Shown: positions 50,546 through 62,215, counted from the stretch's first letter. The stretch: 64,000 bases of DNA from Alphaproteobacteria bacterium (GCA_964291285.2 OZ219787.1:800001-864000), one strand, 5' to 3'. Made by a program: numbers and translations. The notes: generated by a model from the sequence alone, not told the origin.

Positions 50546-51477
50546 CCGACCGTCTCCCGGCGCATATAGGGCGTGAACCAGCGCGGGTCGCTGCGGTATT
50601 CGACCCCGCCGCCGGCATGGACCCGCGCCGTCGCCCGGCGCGAGGAAAGGCAGAAGCAATGCACGCTCATCGGCATGCCGCCGGTGTGCGTGTAGCCGAC
50701 CTCAACATGGCAGTCGATCACCATGGAGGAGCCGACGAAGCCCATCGGCCCCATGCCGATATTGTTGCCGAGCTCCTTCAGCTCCGCCTCCAGCTTCGCG
50801 ATGCCGGGATCGGGATTGGGCTCGCCGACGGGCCGCAGGCACGCCGCCTGCTTGCCGAGCGTCATGGAGGTATCCTTGGAGCCGCCGAGCCCGATGCCGA
50901 CGATGGCCGGCTGGCAGGCGAGGCCGCGCCGCCCGAACTGCACCAGCGTGTCCAGGAAGAAACGCTTGATGCCGTCGATGCCGTCGGCGGGGAACAGCAT
51001 CCGGTAGTCGGTGCCGAACAGCCCGCCCTTGTGGACGGTGGTCAGCTCGATCCAGTCGGCGTCCGGCTCGAAGCTGTATTCGATCTCCGGCGCGTTGATG
51101 CCGACATTGTTGTCGTGGTCGGTGCGCCAGAGCGGATGCACGCGGTTGGGCCTGAGCGGCACGCTGCGCGTCGCCTCGGCGGTGGCGGACCGGACGGCCT
51201 CTTCCAGCGCGACGAACCCGCCTTCCGGCCGCGCCTCGTTGCCGGCCTTCACATAGAAGCGCGGCACGCCGGTGTCGGCGCACATGGCGCGGCGGTCGGC
51301 CTCCGCCGCCTCCCAGTTTTCGAGCATCGCCTCCAGCACGAAGCGGGACAGTTCATGCTGTTCGCGCCCCAGCATGCCGCGTATGCCGTCGCGGTAGTCG
51401 CGCGGGATTTCGATGGCGGCCCGCGCCATGATCTCTGAGGCGGCCTCTTGCAGCAGGTCCCGGGCGATCTCGGACAT
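50515..51477 (-). CDS. Fe-S hydro-lyase alpha subunit (fumarase N-terminal/TtdA-like)
   Basis: 'MCADTG', 'PLRPN', 'ACQPAIVGIGLGG', 'GMGPMGF'. Confidence 0.87.
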   Translation of the reverse strand: MSEIARDLLQEAASEIMARAAIEIPRDYRDGIRGMLGREQHELSRFVLEAMLENWEAAEADRRAMCADTGVPRFYVKAGNEARPEGGFVALEEAVRSATAEATRSVPLRPNRVHPLWRTDHDNNVGINAPEIEYSFEPDADWIELTTVHKGGLFGTDYRMLFPADGIDGIKRFFLDTLVQFGRRGLACQPAIVGIGLGGSKDTSMTLGKQAACLRPVGEPNPDPGIAKLEAELKELGNNIGMGPMGFVGSSMVIDCHVEVGYTHTGGMPMSVHCFCLSSRRATARVHAGGGVEYRSDPRWFTPYMRRETVGWQAPLARTA

Positions 51478-51523
51478 GGCTGTCGGAATAGGCCGGGCGC
51501 TTGCGGGCGTCAACCGCCGGCTC

Positions 51524-52313
51524 TCATGTCCGCCATCTGAGCAGGAAGCGCTCGAGGCGCGCGATCGACCAGTTCACGGTCAGTCCCATGACGGAGAGGA
51601 TCGCGACGCCGGCCAGCAGCTCGTCCAGGGCCATGAGGCTGCCCGCGAGCAGGATGTAGGCGCCGACCCCGAACTCGGCGCCGATCATCTCCGCTGCAAC
51701 GAGCAGCACGATGGCGATGGCGGCCGAAATGCGGAAGCCCGGCAGGATCGCCGGGAGCGCGCCCGGCAGGATGATCTTGCGCACGATGGAGAGCCAGGAG
51801 AGCCCGAAGGATTGCCCCATCCGGATCAGGCCGCGGTCCACATTGTCCACGCCCCCGTATGTCGCGACCACGGTCGGGAAGAAGGTGCCGAAGAGGATGG
51901 TCGCCACCTTCGATCCCTCGCCGATGCCGAACCAGACCACGAAGAGCGGCAGCAGCGCGATCTTCGGAATCGGGAAGATGGCCGCGACCACCGGCGCCAG
52001 CCCGGCGCGGGCGAGCGAGAACAACCCGATGGAAAAGCCGACGGCGATGCCGAGCAGCGTGCCCAGCGTCCAGCCGACCAGGAGGCGTTGCAGCGAGGCG
52101 CCCAGATGCTTCCAGAGGAGGCCGGTTTCCACGAGATGCGCGAGCGCGGCCAGCGCCTCCGACGGCGCCGGCAGCACCAATGGCGGGATCGCGCCCGTGC
52201 GGCACCCCGCCTCCCACAATGCAAGGACGGCAATGAACACGAGCGGCCCGACGACGCCGAGCGGCCTTGGCGAGAACCCGCCGCCCCGGAAGGCCACCGG
52301 CCGGCCGCCGCGC

Positions 52314-52321
<8 letters not shown>
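51524..52321 (-). CDS. NitT/TauT-type ABC permease
   Basis: 'PIPKIALLPLF..WFGIGE', EAA-like loop, 'VAAEMIGA'. Confidence 0.92.
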
Positions 52322-53081
<760 letters not shown>

Positions 53082-53103
53082 CGCGCCGCCCCCGCCCGGC
53101 GGG

Positions 53104-54135
53104 TCAGTAGGTTTCGACGTAGCTCCCGTCCACCAGCTTGTCGATGCCGATCTCGCCCTTGACGAGCCCTTCGGCCTTGAACCAGTCGAGCTGCGCCTGG
53201 ACGCTCGACAGGTTCAGCTTGGCGCCCTCATTGAGCCGCATCGCGCCGTTGCGGATCGACGGTGCGGCCTTTTCGTAAGGCCGGCTGGTATAGACATATT
53301 TGTGGATGAGCCTGACCGTCTCTTCCGCGACGTCCTCGCCGGCCGTCTTGTCCACCAGCGCGGCGTTGAAATCCGCCGCCCCGCGCGAGAAGGCCGCGAG
53401 GAAGCGCTTTGTCAGGTCCCGCTTGTTCGCCGCGTTCTCCGCCGAGGTGAACACGGTCGTGACCTGGTAGTCGGGCGCATAGTCGTTGACCCAGCCGATG
53501 ATGTGGACCGCGCCGCCTTTGGCGAGCGCCTTGGCGATATGCGGAACGATCGCCCAGGCGTCGATCTGGCCCGACTTGAGCGCGCCGATGACCGCACCGA
53601 CCTTCTGCAGCGGCTTGAGCTTGATCTCGGACATCGGGATACCTTCCTTCTCGGCGATGCGCGACGCCATGTAGTGGAAGGAGGAGCCCGTCTGCGTGAT
53701 GCCGAAGCTGCGCCCGGCGAGCTTCGCCGGCGAGGTCACGCCGTCCTTGAATGCCGCATCGGAAACGAGGATCGCGGACCCGTCGATCCCGTCTTCCTCG
53801 TGCAGCGCGCCGCCGACGATCTTGATGGCGTCCTTGTCGGCGAGGTTTATGAGCCCGCCGGTAATCGCCGTGACGCCGTAGTCGATGTCACCGGAGGCAA
53901 TCGCGACGGCCATGGGCGCGGCGGCCTGGAAATACACGAACTCGACATCGAGCCCGGCTTCCTTGAAATAACCCTTCTCGAAAGCGATGAAGCTCGCGGA
54001 GTGCGAGGTGAAGCGCAGCGCCCCCACCTTGATCTTGTCGTCCGCCGCAACCGCCGTGCCGGCCAGGACCGTCGCTCCCGCCAGCAGCGCCAGCGCCGAC
54101 CGCCGGACCGCGGCGGCAAACCGTGTCGTCAACAT
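53104..54135 (-). CDS. NMT1/SsuA-like ABC substrate-binding protein
   Basis: Signal peptide; '[16 protein letters not shown]', 'ALKSGQIDA'. Confidence 0.9.
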   Translation of the reverse strand: MLTTRFAAAVRRSALALLAGATVLAGTAVAADDKIKVGALRFTSHSASFIAFEKGYFKEAGLDVEFVYFQAAAPMAVAIASGDIDYGVTAITGGLINLADKDAIKIVGGALHEEDGIDGSAILVSDAAFKDGVTSPAKLAGRSFGITQTGSSFHYMASRIAEKEGIPMSEIKLKPLQKVGAVIGALKSGQIDAWAIVPHIAKALAKGGAVHIIGWVNDYAPDYQVTTVFTSAENAANKRDLTKRFLAAFSRGAADFNAALVDKTAGEDVAEETVRLIHKYVYTSRPYEKAAPSIRNGAMRLNEGAKLNLSSVQAQLDWFKAEGLVKGEIGIDKLVDGSYVETY

Positions 54136-54248
54136 ATCCCGCTTCCTCTCCCGGAAAGACTGCCCGAAGCCGGCCATCATACAGAATGCCGCCGGAACGG
54201 CGAAATCGGGACACCCGTCCCGGTGGAGCGGGCCGGCCGGTTTCGCGT

Positions 54249-55367
54249 CTACGCCGCCATTGCCTCCATCGGCTCGCGGTACGGATAACCGAGCGCGTCG
54301 GCAACCTCCCTGCACGTCACCTCGCCGGCAAGCACGTTGAGACCGTTGCGCAGGTGGGGGTCGTCGGCAAGCGCGTTGCGGTAGCCCTTGTCGGCCAGCG
54401 CCAGCACATGCGGGAGCGTTGCGTTGTTGAGCGCGTGGGTCGATGTCCGCGGGACCGCGCCCGGCATGTTGGCCACGCAGTAATGGACCACGTCGTCCAC
54501 GATATAGGTCGGGTCGCTGTGGGTGGTGGGATGCGAGGTTTCGAAGCAGCCGCCCTGGTCGATGGCAACGTCGACCACCACCGAGCCCGGCTTCATCCGT
54601 CGGATCATGTCTTCCGTGACAAGCTTCGGGGCGGCCGCGCCCGGAATGAGCACGCCGCCGATCACCACGTCCGCGTCGGTGACGTGGCGGTCGATCGCGG
54701 TGCGGGTGGAGTAGGCGGTGTCGAGCGGGTTCCCGAACTGGCGCCACAACGCCCGCAGCGCCGCGGCCGAGCGGTCTATGGCCCATGTATCGGCGCCCAT
54801 TCCCATTGCGATGTGCGCGGCGTTGGTGCCCACCACCCCGCCGCCGATGATGACCACCTTGGCCCGCGGCACGCCGGGCACGCCTCCAAGCAGCATGCCT
54901 TTGCCCCCATTGACCGTTTCGAGCGCATGGGCCGCAGCCTGGACGGAGAGCCGGCCCGCCACCTCCGACATGGGCGCTAGCAGGGGCAGGCCGCCGCCCG
55001 GCGAGGTGACGGTCTCGTAGGCGATGCAGACCGCCTTGCTCCTGACGAGGTCCTCGGTCTGCTCCGGGTCCGGCGCAAGGTGCAGATAGGTGAAGAGCAC
55101 CTGCCCCTCGCGCAGCATGGCGCGCTCCGCGGCCAGCGGCTCCTTGACCTTCACGATCATCTCCGCCCGCTCGAAGACCGCCTGCGCGGTGTCGACGATC
55201 TCAGCGCCTGCCCCGGCATAGTCGGCGTCGTCAGCCCCGATGCCCGCTCCGGCGCCTTGCTCCACGAACGCGCGGTGACCGTGCAAAACCAGTTCGTTCA
55301 CGCTGTCAGGCGTGAGTCCCACACGGTATTCGTGGTCCTTGGTCTCCTTCGGCACCCCGATGAGCAT
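54249..55367 (-). CDS. ald: Alanine dehydrogenase
   Basis: '[14 protein letters not shown]', 'FTYLHLA', 'DVAIDQGGC', '[11 protein letters not shown]'. Confidence 0.96.
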   Translation of the reverse strand: MLIGVPKETKDHEYRVGLTPDSVNELVLHGHRAFVEQGAGAGIGADDADYAGAGAEIVDTAQAVFERAEMIVKVKEPLAAERAMLREGQVLFTYLHLAPDPEQTEDLVRSKAVCIAYETVTSPGGGLPLLAPMSEVAGRLSVQAAAHALETVNGGKGMLLGGVPGVPRAKVVIIGGGVVGTNAAHIAMGMGADTWAIDRSAAALRALWRQFGNPLDTAYSTRTAIDRHVTDADVVIGGVLIPGAAAPKLVTEDMIRRMKPGSVVVDVAIDQGGCFETSHPTTHSDPTYIVDDVVHYCVANMPGAVPRTSTHALNNATLPHVLALADKGYRNALADDPHLRNGLNVLAGEVTCREVADALGYPYREPMEAMAA

Positions 55368-55625
55368 AGCGACAACCTCCATGACGGGCGGGCATTGCGA
55401 ATCCCGGCCTCTCCCGGAATGTGGTGAGGCGGCGGGCGGTCGTCCAGACCCAGCCGCCTCATACCGGCGGCTGCGGTCAAGGACCGACAAGCCTCCTCTG
55501 TCGCCCCGGACGGTGGGGGGAGCCGGAGCCTCGCGCCACAAGGGAAACGGGGCGGCAATCCCCATGGGTCGCAACTCGGCGCCGCTGGCAGCATGAGTTC
55601 CACCCCCGCCTCGAGCGCGCCGGCG

Positions 55626-56042
55626 TCAGCCGCCGGCGGGCCTGGGAGCGGGGTTGCGGCGCCATGCGAGGCGGCGGCGGCGCTGCAGGCCATGGCGCTT
55701 CAGGAAGCGGTGCAGGGTGGTTACGGCGAAAACCGCGCCTTCGGCGGCGAGCGCGCGTTGCAGCGCGCGCACGGAGAGGTCCGGCCGGCTTTCCAGAAGG
55801 CGGGAAATCCGCTCCCGCTCCGGCTCGATCCCGGACGGGCGGCCGCTCTTCGGGTCGGGGCGAAGATGGCCGCGCTGCCGGTAGCGCCTCACCCACCGCC
55901 AGACGCTGGGTTCGCTCACCTCGAAATGCAGAGCGGCGGCCCGCCCGGTCATTCCCTTCTCCAGCACCGCCGCAACCGCCCGGCGCCTCAAGTCCTCGCC
56001 GACGGGACTGCCCCGCCTGCGTTCCGTCAATGTCCCGGTCAT
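55626..56042 (-). CDS. IS630-type transposase N-terminal HTH protein/fragment without a DDE domain
   Basis: 'EDLRRRAVAAV..G...AAALHFEVS..SVWRWVRR', 'TTLHRFLKRHG'; no catalytic ORF follows. Confidence 0.65.
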   Translation of the reverse strand: MTGTLTERRRGSPVGEDLRRRAVAAVLEKGMTGRAAALHFEVSEPSVWRWVRRYRQRGHLRPDPKSGRPSGIEPERERISRLLESRPDLSVRALQRALAAEGAVFAVTTLHRFLKRHGLQRRRRLAWRRNPAPRPAGG

Positions 56043-56150
56043 CTTCCCTCCCCGGCCGCGCCCGGCCCCCTGTCTTCTCCAATGGAACATTACGCGCCCC
56101 GGCCCGGCCGGCGCGCGCAACTCCCCCGTCTGCCGCCCCCGGCGCGTTCA

Positions 56151-58164
56151 CCCGACTTCCGCAACTCGGCTTGAGAATCGACTGATTTGACGGTTTTCCG
56201 GCGCGAGAAGTGTCGGATTTCGGTGCAGTACCTCTCGGGACCGGCTTGTAGTGCCGACCTACCCCCTTGATCGGGCTGGCGAAGATCCGGACGCTGCGCT
56301 GATGTTCGTGCGCTGCAAGAGACGCTTCAAGGACGGCAAGGAGCACCGCTACTGGAGCGTTGTGGAGAACGTCCGGGTCCACGGCGGTCGGGTTGTTCAG
56401 CGTCAGGTGCTCTATCTCGGGGAGATCAACGACAGCCAGCGAGCGGCGTGGTGCCGCTCGATCGAGGTGGTGGAGGGCAAGTCGCGATCACGGCAGATGG
56501 CGCTGTTTCCCGAGGACCGGGAGGCGCCGGCGCTGACTTGCGAAGTGGTGAAGATCGACCTCTCGCAGGTGGCGCTTCACGACCCGCGCCAGTGGGGGGC
56601 GTGCTGGCTGGCGCTGTCCTTGTGGGACCGCCTGGACCTGGACCGCTTCTGGGAAGAGCGGCTGCCGGCGAGCCGGCAAGGCACGCGGTGGCTGGACATC
56701 CTGAAGATCCAGGTCTGCTACCGGCTGATCGACCCGGGCAGCGAGTGGCGCCTTCACCGTCACTGGTATGAGCACAGCGCGCTTCGCGATCTTCTGGGTG
56801 GCGAGCGGGCGATCGCCGACGACACACTCTATCGCTGTCTCGACAAGCTGCTGGCGCACAAGCAGGGCTTCTTCTCGTTTCTGCGCGACCGCTGGGCGAC
56901 GCTGTTCGAGGCGCGCTTCGACGTGCTGCTCTACGACCTGACCTCGACCTACTTCGAGAGCGATCCGCCGTTCGATGACAAGCGCCGCTTCGGCTACAGC
57001 CGGGACAAGCGGCCCGACTGCGTGCAGGTGGTGATCGCCCTGATCGTTACGCCGCAGGGCTTTCCGCTGGCCTATGAGGTGATGCCGGGCAACACCTCCG
57101 ACGACACCACGCTGGCGGCGTTCCTCAAGAAGATCGAGGATCAGTATGGCCGCTCCGAGCGGGTGTGGATCATGGACCGCGGCATCCCCACCGAGGAGAC
57201 GCTGGCCGCGATGCGCGAGGGCGAGGCGCCGGTGCGCTACCTGGTGGGCACGCCCAAGGGCCGGCTGACGCGGCTCGAGAAGGTGTTCCTGGGCCTGCCC
57301 TGGCAGGAGGTGCGCCAGTCCGTGACTGTCAAGCTTCTGGTCGAGGATGGCGAGCTCTACGTCCTGGTGCGCAGCGAGGGGCGGCAGGTGAAGGAACGCG
57401 GCATGCGCCGGCGCCGGCTGAAGAGGCTGTGGCGTCGATTGGCCGAGTTGCAAGGGCAGTCGAACAGCCGGGATCAGTTGTTGCTCAAGCTCGGCGCCGC
57501 CAGGAAGGAGGCCGGCCGGGCCTGGAGCCTGGTCGACATCACCGTGCCCGGGACCGACAGCGAACTCGCCGCCAACGGCTTCTCATTCCGCCTGCAGCGC
57601 GACCGGCTGCGCCAGGTCCGCCGCCGCGAGGGCCGTTACCTGCTGCGATCCAACATGGTCGCCGAAGACCCCGCCACGCTGTGGCATCTGTACATGCAGC
57701 TCGTCGAGATCGAGCAGGCGTTCAAGGAACTCAAGCACGACCTCGCGATCCGCCCCATCTTCCATCAGCGCCAAGAGCGCATCGAGGCGCATATCTTCGT
57801 CTCGTTCATCGCCTACTGCCTGCTGGTGACCCTGAAGAACCTCGCCCGGCCGCGCGCCCCGGGCCTCACCCCACGCGCCATCCTTGAGGCCTTCGCCACC
57901 ATCCAGATGGTGGACGTCCATCTGCCAACCACCGACGGCCGGCACCTCGTCCTGCCGCGCCACACCCGGCCGAACAAGGAGCACGAGCTACTGCTGCAAC
58001 AGCTCGGCATGACCTGGCCGCAGCAACCCGCACCCCGGATCTCCGCCTGACGGCACACGGCGCCGCCTCTCCGTTCGCCGCCTTGTAGTGCCGACCCTCG
58101 GGGAGACGATCAAGGCTATTCAATGAGTTAGCATCCTCATGACCCCCGAGTTGCGGAAGTCGGG
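56151..58164 (+). mobile_element. IS1634-family element, copy 4
   Basis: Same TIRs and length; flanks TTCA / CTAG (no duplication). Confidence 0.92.
56302..58050 (+). CDS. IS1634-family DDE transposase
   Basis: Translation identical to the other copies. Confidence 0.92.
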   Translation: MFVRCKRRFKDGKEHRYWSVVENVRVHGGRVVQRQVLYLGEINDSQRAAWCRSIEVVEGKSRSRQMALFPEDREAPALTCEVVKIDLSQVALHDPRQWGACWLALSLWDRLDLDRFWEERLPASRQGTRWLDILKIQVCYRLIDPGSEWRLHRHWYEHSALRDLLGGERAIADDTLYRCLDKLLAHKQGFFSFLRDRWATLFEARFDVLLYDLTSTYFESDPPFDDKRRFGYSRDKRPDCVQVVIALIVTPQGFPLAYEVMPGNTSDDTTLAAFLKKIEDQYGRSERVWIMDRGIPTEETLAAMREGEAPVRYLVGTPKGRLTRLEKVFLGLPWQEVRQSVTVKLLVEDGELYVLVRSEGRQVKERGMRRRRLKRLWRRLAELQGQSNSRDQLLLKLGAARKEAGRAWSLVDITVPGTDSELAANGFSFRLQRDRLRQVRRREGRYLLRSNMVAEDPATLWHLYMQLVEIEQAFKELKHDLAIRPIFHQRQERIEAHIFVSFIAYCLLVTLKNLARPRAPGLTPRAILEAFATIQMVDVHLPTTDGRHLVLPRHTRPNKEHELLLQQLGMTWPQQPAPRISA

Positions 58165-58471
58165 CTAGCGCAATCCACACATATTGCTGCACCCATAGCA
58201 GCAGGGCCAGACAGGCGGCGGGACTCAGCAAGAGCAGCACCAGGCCCGGATTGGAAGTGATCGAATCGAAGCCGATCAGGAGTACAAGAACCACGAAGCC
58301 GACAGCCCATTGAAACATACCGATCCCTGCTGTGCGGATCTGGAACCGGCGGTGGCCGGGCGCCCGTTCGTCGGCAGTCCGGTCCAGATAAGCCAAGGCG
58401 GCGCCGACGATCGCGAGCGGCCCGAAGACAAGGCCGCCAAGATACAGCGCATAGACGATCCCGGTCTTTAC
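58165..58471 (-). pseudogene. DUF4870-like membrane protein paralog 3, truncated by IS1634
   Basis: 'IVYALYL', 'LAYLDR', 'HRRFQIRT'; C-terminal RCxKG motif missing; no canonical start near the RBS. Confidence 0.65.
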
Positions 58472-58484
58472 GGCCGCCTCCGCC

Positions 58485-58850
58485 TCACCACAGCCAGGTC
58501 GTGACATTCGGATAGGGCTCGGAGCGGGACACGTACTGGAGGCCCTTGACGCAACGGACGATCCACCAGACTAGCACCGCCAGCAGCATCAGCCAGCCGA
58601 CCAGGAACACCGTCGAGACGGCTCCGACAGCCGAATACAGGATGCCGATCCAGAAGGTCCTGATCTGGAACCGGTAATGGTCGCCCGCCCAGCCGTCGGC
58701 GTCATTCCGGCTGACATAGGCGACGATGACGCCGATCAGCGCCAGCAGCCCGACGACAATGGCGGCGAGATAGAGGATGTAGACGACCTTCGCGTTGCCG
58801 CCGCTCTCCCCAGCGCCACCGCTCGCAGGCAGTATGTCGTTGCCCTGCAT
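58485..58850 (-). CDS. DUF4870-like membrane protein paralog 2
   Basis: 'VVYILYL', 'IGVIVAYV', 'HYRFQIRTFWIG', 'RCVKGL...PNVTTWLW'. Confidence 0.82.
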   Translation of the reverse strand: MQGNDILPASGGAGESGGNAKVVYILYLAAIVVGLLALIGVIVAYVSRNDADGWAGDHYRFQIRTFWIGILYSAVGAVSTVFLVGWLMLLAVLVWWIVRCVKGLQYVSRSEPYPNVTTWLW

Positions 58851-58877
58851 CCCCTGTCTCCCGTCGCCGTCAGCGCC

Positions 58878-59366
58878 TCACCACAGCCAGGTTGCCGGAT
58901 TGGGGTAGAGCTCCTGCCGGGACAGATAGCGCAGCCCCTTGACGCAGCGAATGGCGAACCAAAGGTGAATTGCGTAACCCACCATTTCGCTCGCGACATT
59001 GATTAGCCCTAGCCACGGGACAATTTCCGCCAAAATCACAAGGACCGAAACATTGATCCCTGCATAAAGCCACGAAATCCAGAAAGTCCGGATCTGTACC
59101 CTGAAATGCGTGGCCATCGTCTCATCGGCCGTCTTGCGGTCCCCATAAGCCCGGACCAAGACGATTACCAGCACAATGAACGACATCAATCCAAGAGACC
59201 CTGCGACGGGGAATACCCAATCCGCAGCGTATGGCGAGTCGTCCAGCAGGACACTCGCAACAAGCCCGAGGCCGGTCCCCACAAGAAACAGGACATAGTT
59301 CGACCTCGCGCGCCGGGCGCTTTCCGCCCTGTCGGCTACGGGCCGGCTCTCGTCGGCGTCGGCCAT
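58878..59366 (-). CDS. DUF4870-like membrane protein paralog 1
   Basis: 'THFRVQIRTFW', 'RCVKGLRYL...PNPATWLW'; start overlaps the LLM stop. Confidence 0.75.
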   Translation of the reverse strand: MADADESRPVADRAESARRARSNYVLFLVGTGLGLVASVLLDDSPYAADWVFPVAGSLGLMSFIVLVIVLVRAYGDRKTADETMATHFRVQIRTFWISWLYAGINVSVLVILAEIVPWLGLINVASEMVGYAIHLWFAIRCVKGLRYLSRQELYPNPATWLW

Positions 59367-60676
59367 CAGTCGTCTCCCGCCGCCGCGGCTTCCTCCCTTG
59401 CCATCGGGTCGGCGGCCGGGACGGTGATGTCGGCGGCGGCGTGGTGGGTGGAGCGGGCGTCCGGGTCCTGGTCGGTCTGGACGATATTGCGTCCGAACGC
59501 GCCCACCAGCGGAATGTCCGCCTCCGCGACCGGCGCCATGCGCGGCTTGCGGGCGAGCGCCGCCTCGATCCAGGGCGCAAGCTCCTCGGCCTTCCTTGCC
59601 TCGCGCTCCTCCTCGCCCGCCTTGAAGTGCGGCATGACCTCGGCCGAGAACAGTTCCATCGCCTCGCAGATATGGCGGTGCTCGTTCTTGCCGCCCTGCT
59701 GGATGAAGATCACCTGGTCCACGCCCGCATCGGCGAACTCCTGCAGATGCTCGCGCACCTCGTCCGGCGTGCCGATGCCGCTGCCCTTGCCGACATCGTC
59801 CATATGCTCGCGCGCTTCCTCGAAACGCTCCCAGACCCCCGTCACGCCGGGCTTGTGCCCGCCGAAGACGTAATAGTGGCCGAGCGAATAGCCGAAATAG
59901 CGGAAGCCGTCCGCGCCGCGCCGCTTGGCCTCCTCCGCATCGTGGTGGACCGAGAAGCCGGTGCACATGGCGATGTTGGCGTTGACCGCGTGGCCGATGG
60001 GCACGCATTCCTCGGACTTGATGATGGCGTAATATTCCTCGACCCATTGCCGCGCCACGTCCGGGTTGACGAAGGCGAAGGTGAGCGCGCCGATGCCGGC
60101 CCGCGCCGCGGCGTGGATCGTCTCCATGCGCGAGCAGGCGACCCAGAGCGGCGGATGCGGCTGCTGGTAGGGCTTCGGCAGCACATTGCGGCAGGGCATG
60201 GAGAAGAACTGCCCCTCGAAGCCCGGATAGGGCTCCATGGTCATCATGTTGGCCGACTGCTCGGTCGCCTCGAACCACATCGCCTTCTTGTCGTCCATCG
60301 GCACGCCGAAGCCTTCCATCTCCATGCGCGAGGCGCTCTCGCCGGTGCCCCAGTCCACCCGGCCGTCGCTGATGAGGTCGAGCGTGGCGATGCGCTCGGC
60401 GACGCGCGCCGGGTGGTTGTAGGGCGGCGGGGAGAGCACCACCGCGTGGCCGAGGCGGATCCGCTTCGTGTTGCGCGCGCAGGCGGCGAGGAACACTTCC
60501 GGCGCGGAGGAGTGCGAATACTCCTCCAGGAAATGGTGCTCGTTCTCCCAGACATAGTCGAAGCCCAGCCGGTCGGCCAGTTCCACCTGCTCCAGGGCCT
60601 CGTGCAGCAGGTCGTAGTCCGACTTTTCCTTCCAGCTTCGCGGCAGCTGGTGTTCGTAAAGCAATCCGAATTTCAT
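59366..60676 (-). CDS. LLM-class (luciferase-like) flavin-dependent oxidoreductase
   Basis: 'ADRLGFDYVWENEHHF', 'AERIATLDLISDGRV', 'PKPYQQPHPP'. Confidence 0.93.
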   Translation of the reverse strand: MKFGLLYEHQLPRSWKEKSDYDLLHEALEQVELADRLGFDYVWENEHHFLEEYSHSSAPEVFLAACARNTKRIRLGHAVVLSPPPYNHPARVAERIATLDLISDGRVDWGTGESASRMEMEGFGVPMDDKKAMWFEATEQSANMMTMEPYPGFEGQFFSMPCRNVLPKPYQQPHPPLWVACSRMETIHAAARAGIGALTFAFVNPDVARQWVEEYYAIIKSEECVPIGHAVNANIAMCTGFSVHHDAEEAKRRGADGFRYFGYSLGHYYVFGGHKPGVTGVWERFEEAREHMDDVGKGSGIGTPDEVREHLQEFADAGVDQVIFIQQGGKNEHRHICEAMELFSAEVMPHFKAGEEEREARKAEELAPWIEAALARKPRMAPVAEADIPLVGAFGRNIVQTDQDPDARSTHHAAADITVPAADPMAREEAAAAGDD

Positions 60677-60793
60677 GCGTATCGGTCCTTCCGGGCGGGC
60701 TTGGGCCGGGCAGCATAGCGCCTCGGCCGTGGCAATGGCGAGATTTCCGGGCTAGGCTCGGCCACGAGTCCAGAGAAGCAGGAGCCGGAGCCC

Positions 60794-61663
60794 ATGGCCG
60801 CGCCCGCCCGCGAGATCGCCTCCCCGCCCTTCACGATGAAGCCGCTGTCCCCGGTGGGCGGCGTCGAAATCCGCGGCATCGACCTGGCCGCGCCCTTCGG
60901 CGACGAGGTCTTCGACGCCATCATGGATGCCTTCCTGGAGCACCACATCCTGGTGTTCCGCGACCAGAAGCTCTCCGGGGAGGCGCAGCTCGCCTTCACC
61001 CGGCGCTTCGGCGAGATCGAGGAGCATGTCGGGCGGCTGCCGAACGGCGAGAAGTATCCGCTACTGCACGTCATCCACAATCTCGACGAGGACGGCAACC
61101 CGGTCCGCATCTCCGGCGGCAACTATTTCTGGCACACGGACAAGTCCTACCATGCCGTGCCCTCGCTGCTGACCATGCTGCATGCGGTCGAGACGCCGTC
61201 GGAGGGCGGCGACACCCAGTTCGCCAACATGCACATGGCCTGGGACTCGCTTGGCCGGGAGACGCAGGAGGAGGTCTCGGACCTCTGCGCCATCCACAGC
61301 TGGGAGGCCAACCGGCGCAACACCAAGCAGTCGCCGGCGACCGACATCCAGAAGCGCGAGCGCCCGCCCGTCAGGCACCCGGTCGTGCGCTCCCACCCCG
61401 TCACCGGGCGCAAGGCGCTCTATCTCGGCATCCACACGAGCCATATCGACGGACGGCCGAAGGAAGAGGGCCACGCCTTCCTGAACCGGCTGCTGCGCCG
61501 CGCGACCAAGGCGGACTTCATCTACACGCACAAATGGCAGAAGGGCGACCTCGTGCTCTGGGACAATCGCTGCCTGCTGCACCGCGCGGTCGCCAATTTC
61601 GACATGGAGAGCGAACGCCGGGTACTGCACCGCACGGTCGTGAAGGGCACGGTTCCCTACTGA
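60794..61663 (+). CDS. TauD/TfdA family dioxygenase
   Basis: 'WHTDKSY', 'GGDTQFA', 'WDNRCLLHRA'. Confidence 0.93.
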   Translation: MAAPAREIASPPFTMKPLSPVGGVEIRGIDLAAPFGDEVFDAIMDAFLEHHILVFRDQKLSGEAQLAFTRRFGEIEEHVGRLPNGEKYPLLHVIHNLDEDGNPVRISGGNYFWHTDKSYHAVPSLLTMLHAVETPSEGGDTQFANMHMAWDSLGRETQEEVSDLCAIHSWEANRRNTKQSPATDIQKRERPPVRHPVVRSHPVTGRKALYLGIHTSHIDGRPKEEGHAFLNRLLRRATKADFIYTHKWQKGDLVLWDNRCLLHRAVANFDMESERRVLHRTVVKGTVPY

Positions 61664-62187
61664 TCCGTTTCCGGCGGCCCGTCCGCGTCGATAACCTGCC
61701 GGGCGAGGTCCAGCCGGAAGCCGGCCCGCGCCATCGCGGCCAGGTCTTTCTCCCGCCGCTCGGCGCGCCCGGCCGGGTCGCGCCACGGCCCGAGCCGCCT
61801 GCGCCGCGCCAGCGCCCGGGCGGCCCGTAGTTCCGCCGCACTGTCCTCCTCGCCAAGCAACCGCTCGATCTCGGCCCGCGGCGCGCCTTTGGAGGAAAGC
61901 CGCGCCGCAAGCCCGCGCGCCGAGGTTCCGCGCCGGCGCAGCGCCCGCGCCTGCGCCTCGGCCCAGGCGCGGTCGTCGATCAGACCCATGCGCGCGAGGT
62001 CGGCGAGCACGGCGTCGATATCCTCCTCGCCGGCGCGGATCTCCGCCCCGCGTGCGGCCCCCCGCTCCAGCCTGCGCTGCAGCAGGCGCCGGACATGCGC
62101 GGTCGGCGCGGCATAGCGCGCGAGATAGGTAAGCGCCGCGCGCCGGAGCCGCGCCCGGTCCCAGACCCCCGGCTTCCGGCGTCTCAT
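61657..62187 (-). CDS. recX: RecX family regulator
   Basis: 'AALTYLARYA', 'GLIDDRAWA', 'RRRRLGPWR', 'AMARAGF'. Confidence 0.85.
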   Translation of the reverse strand: MRRRKPGVWDRARLRRAALTYLARYAAPTAHVRRLLQRRLERGAARGAEIRAGEEDIDAVLADLARMGLIDDRAWAEAQARALRRRGTSARGLAARLSSKGAPRAEIERLLGEEDSAAELRAARALARRRRLGPWRDPAGRAERREKDLAAMARAGFRLDLARQVIDADGPPETDQ

Positions 62188-62215
62188 CGCTGCGCCGGGC
62201 GCCGCCGCCCCGATA

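Noticed and set aside
57866-58507. 213-aa membrane ORF as an intact gene
   Set aside because: Chimera of the truncated DUF4870-like paralog reading into the IS1634 end.
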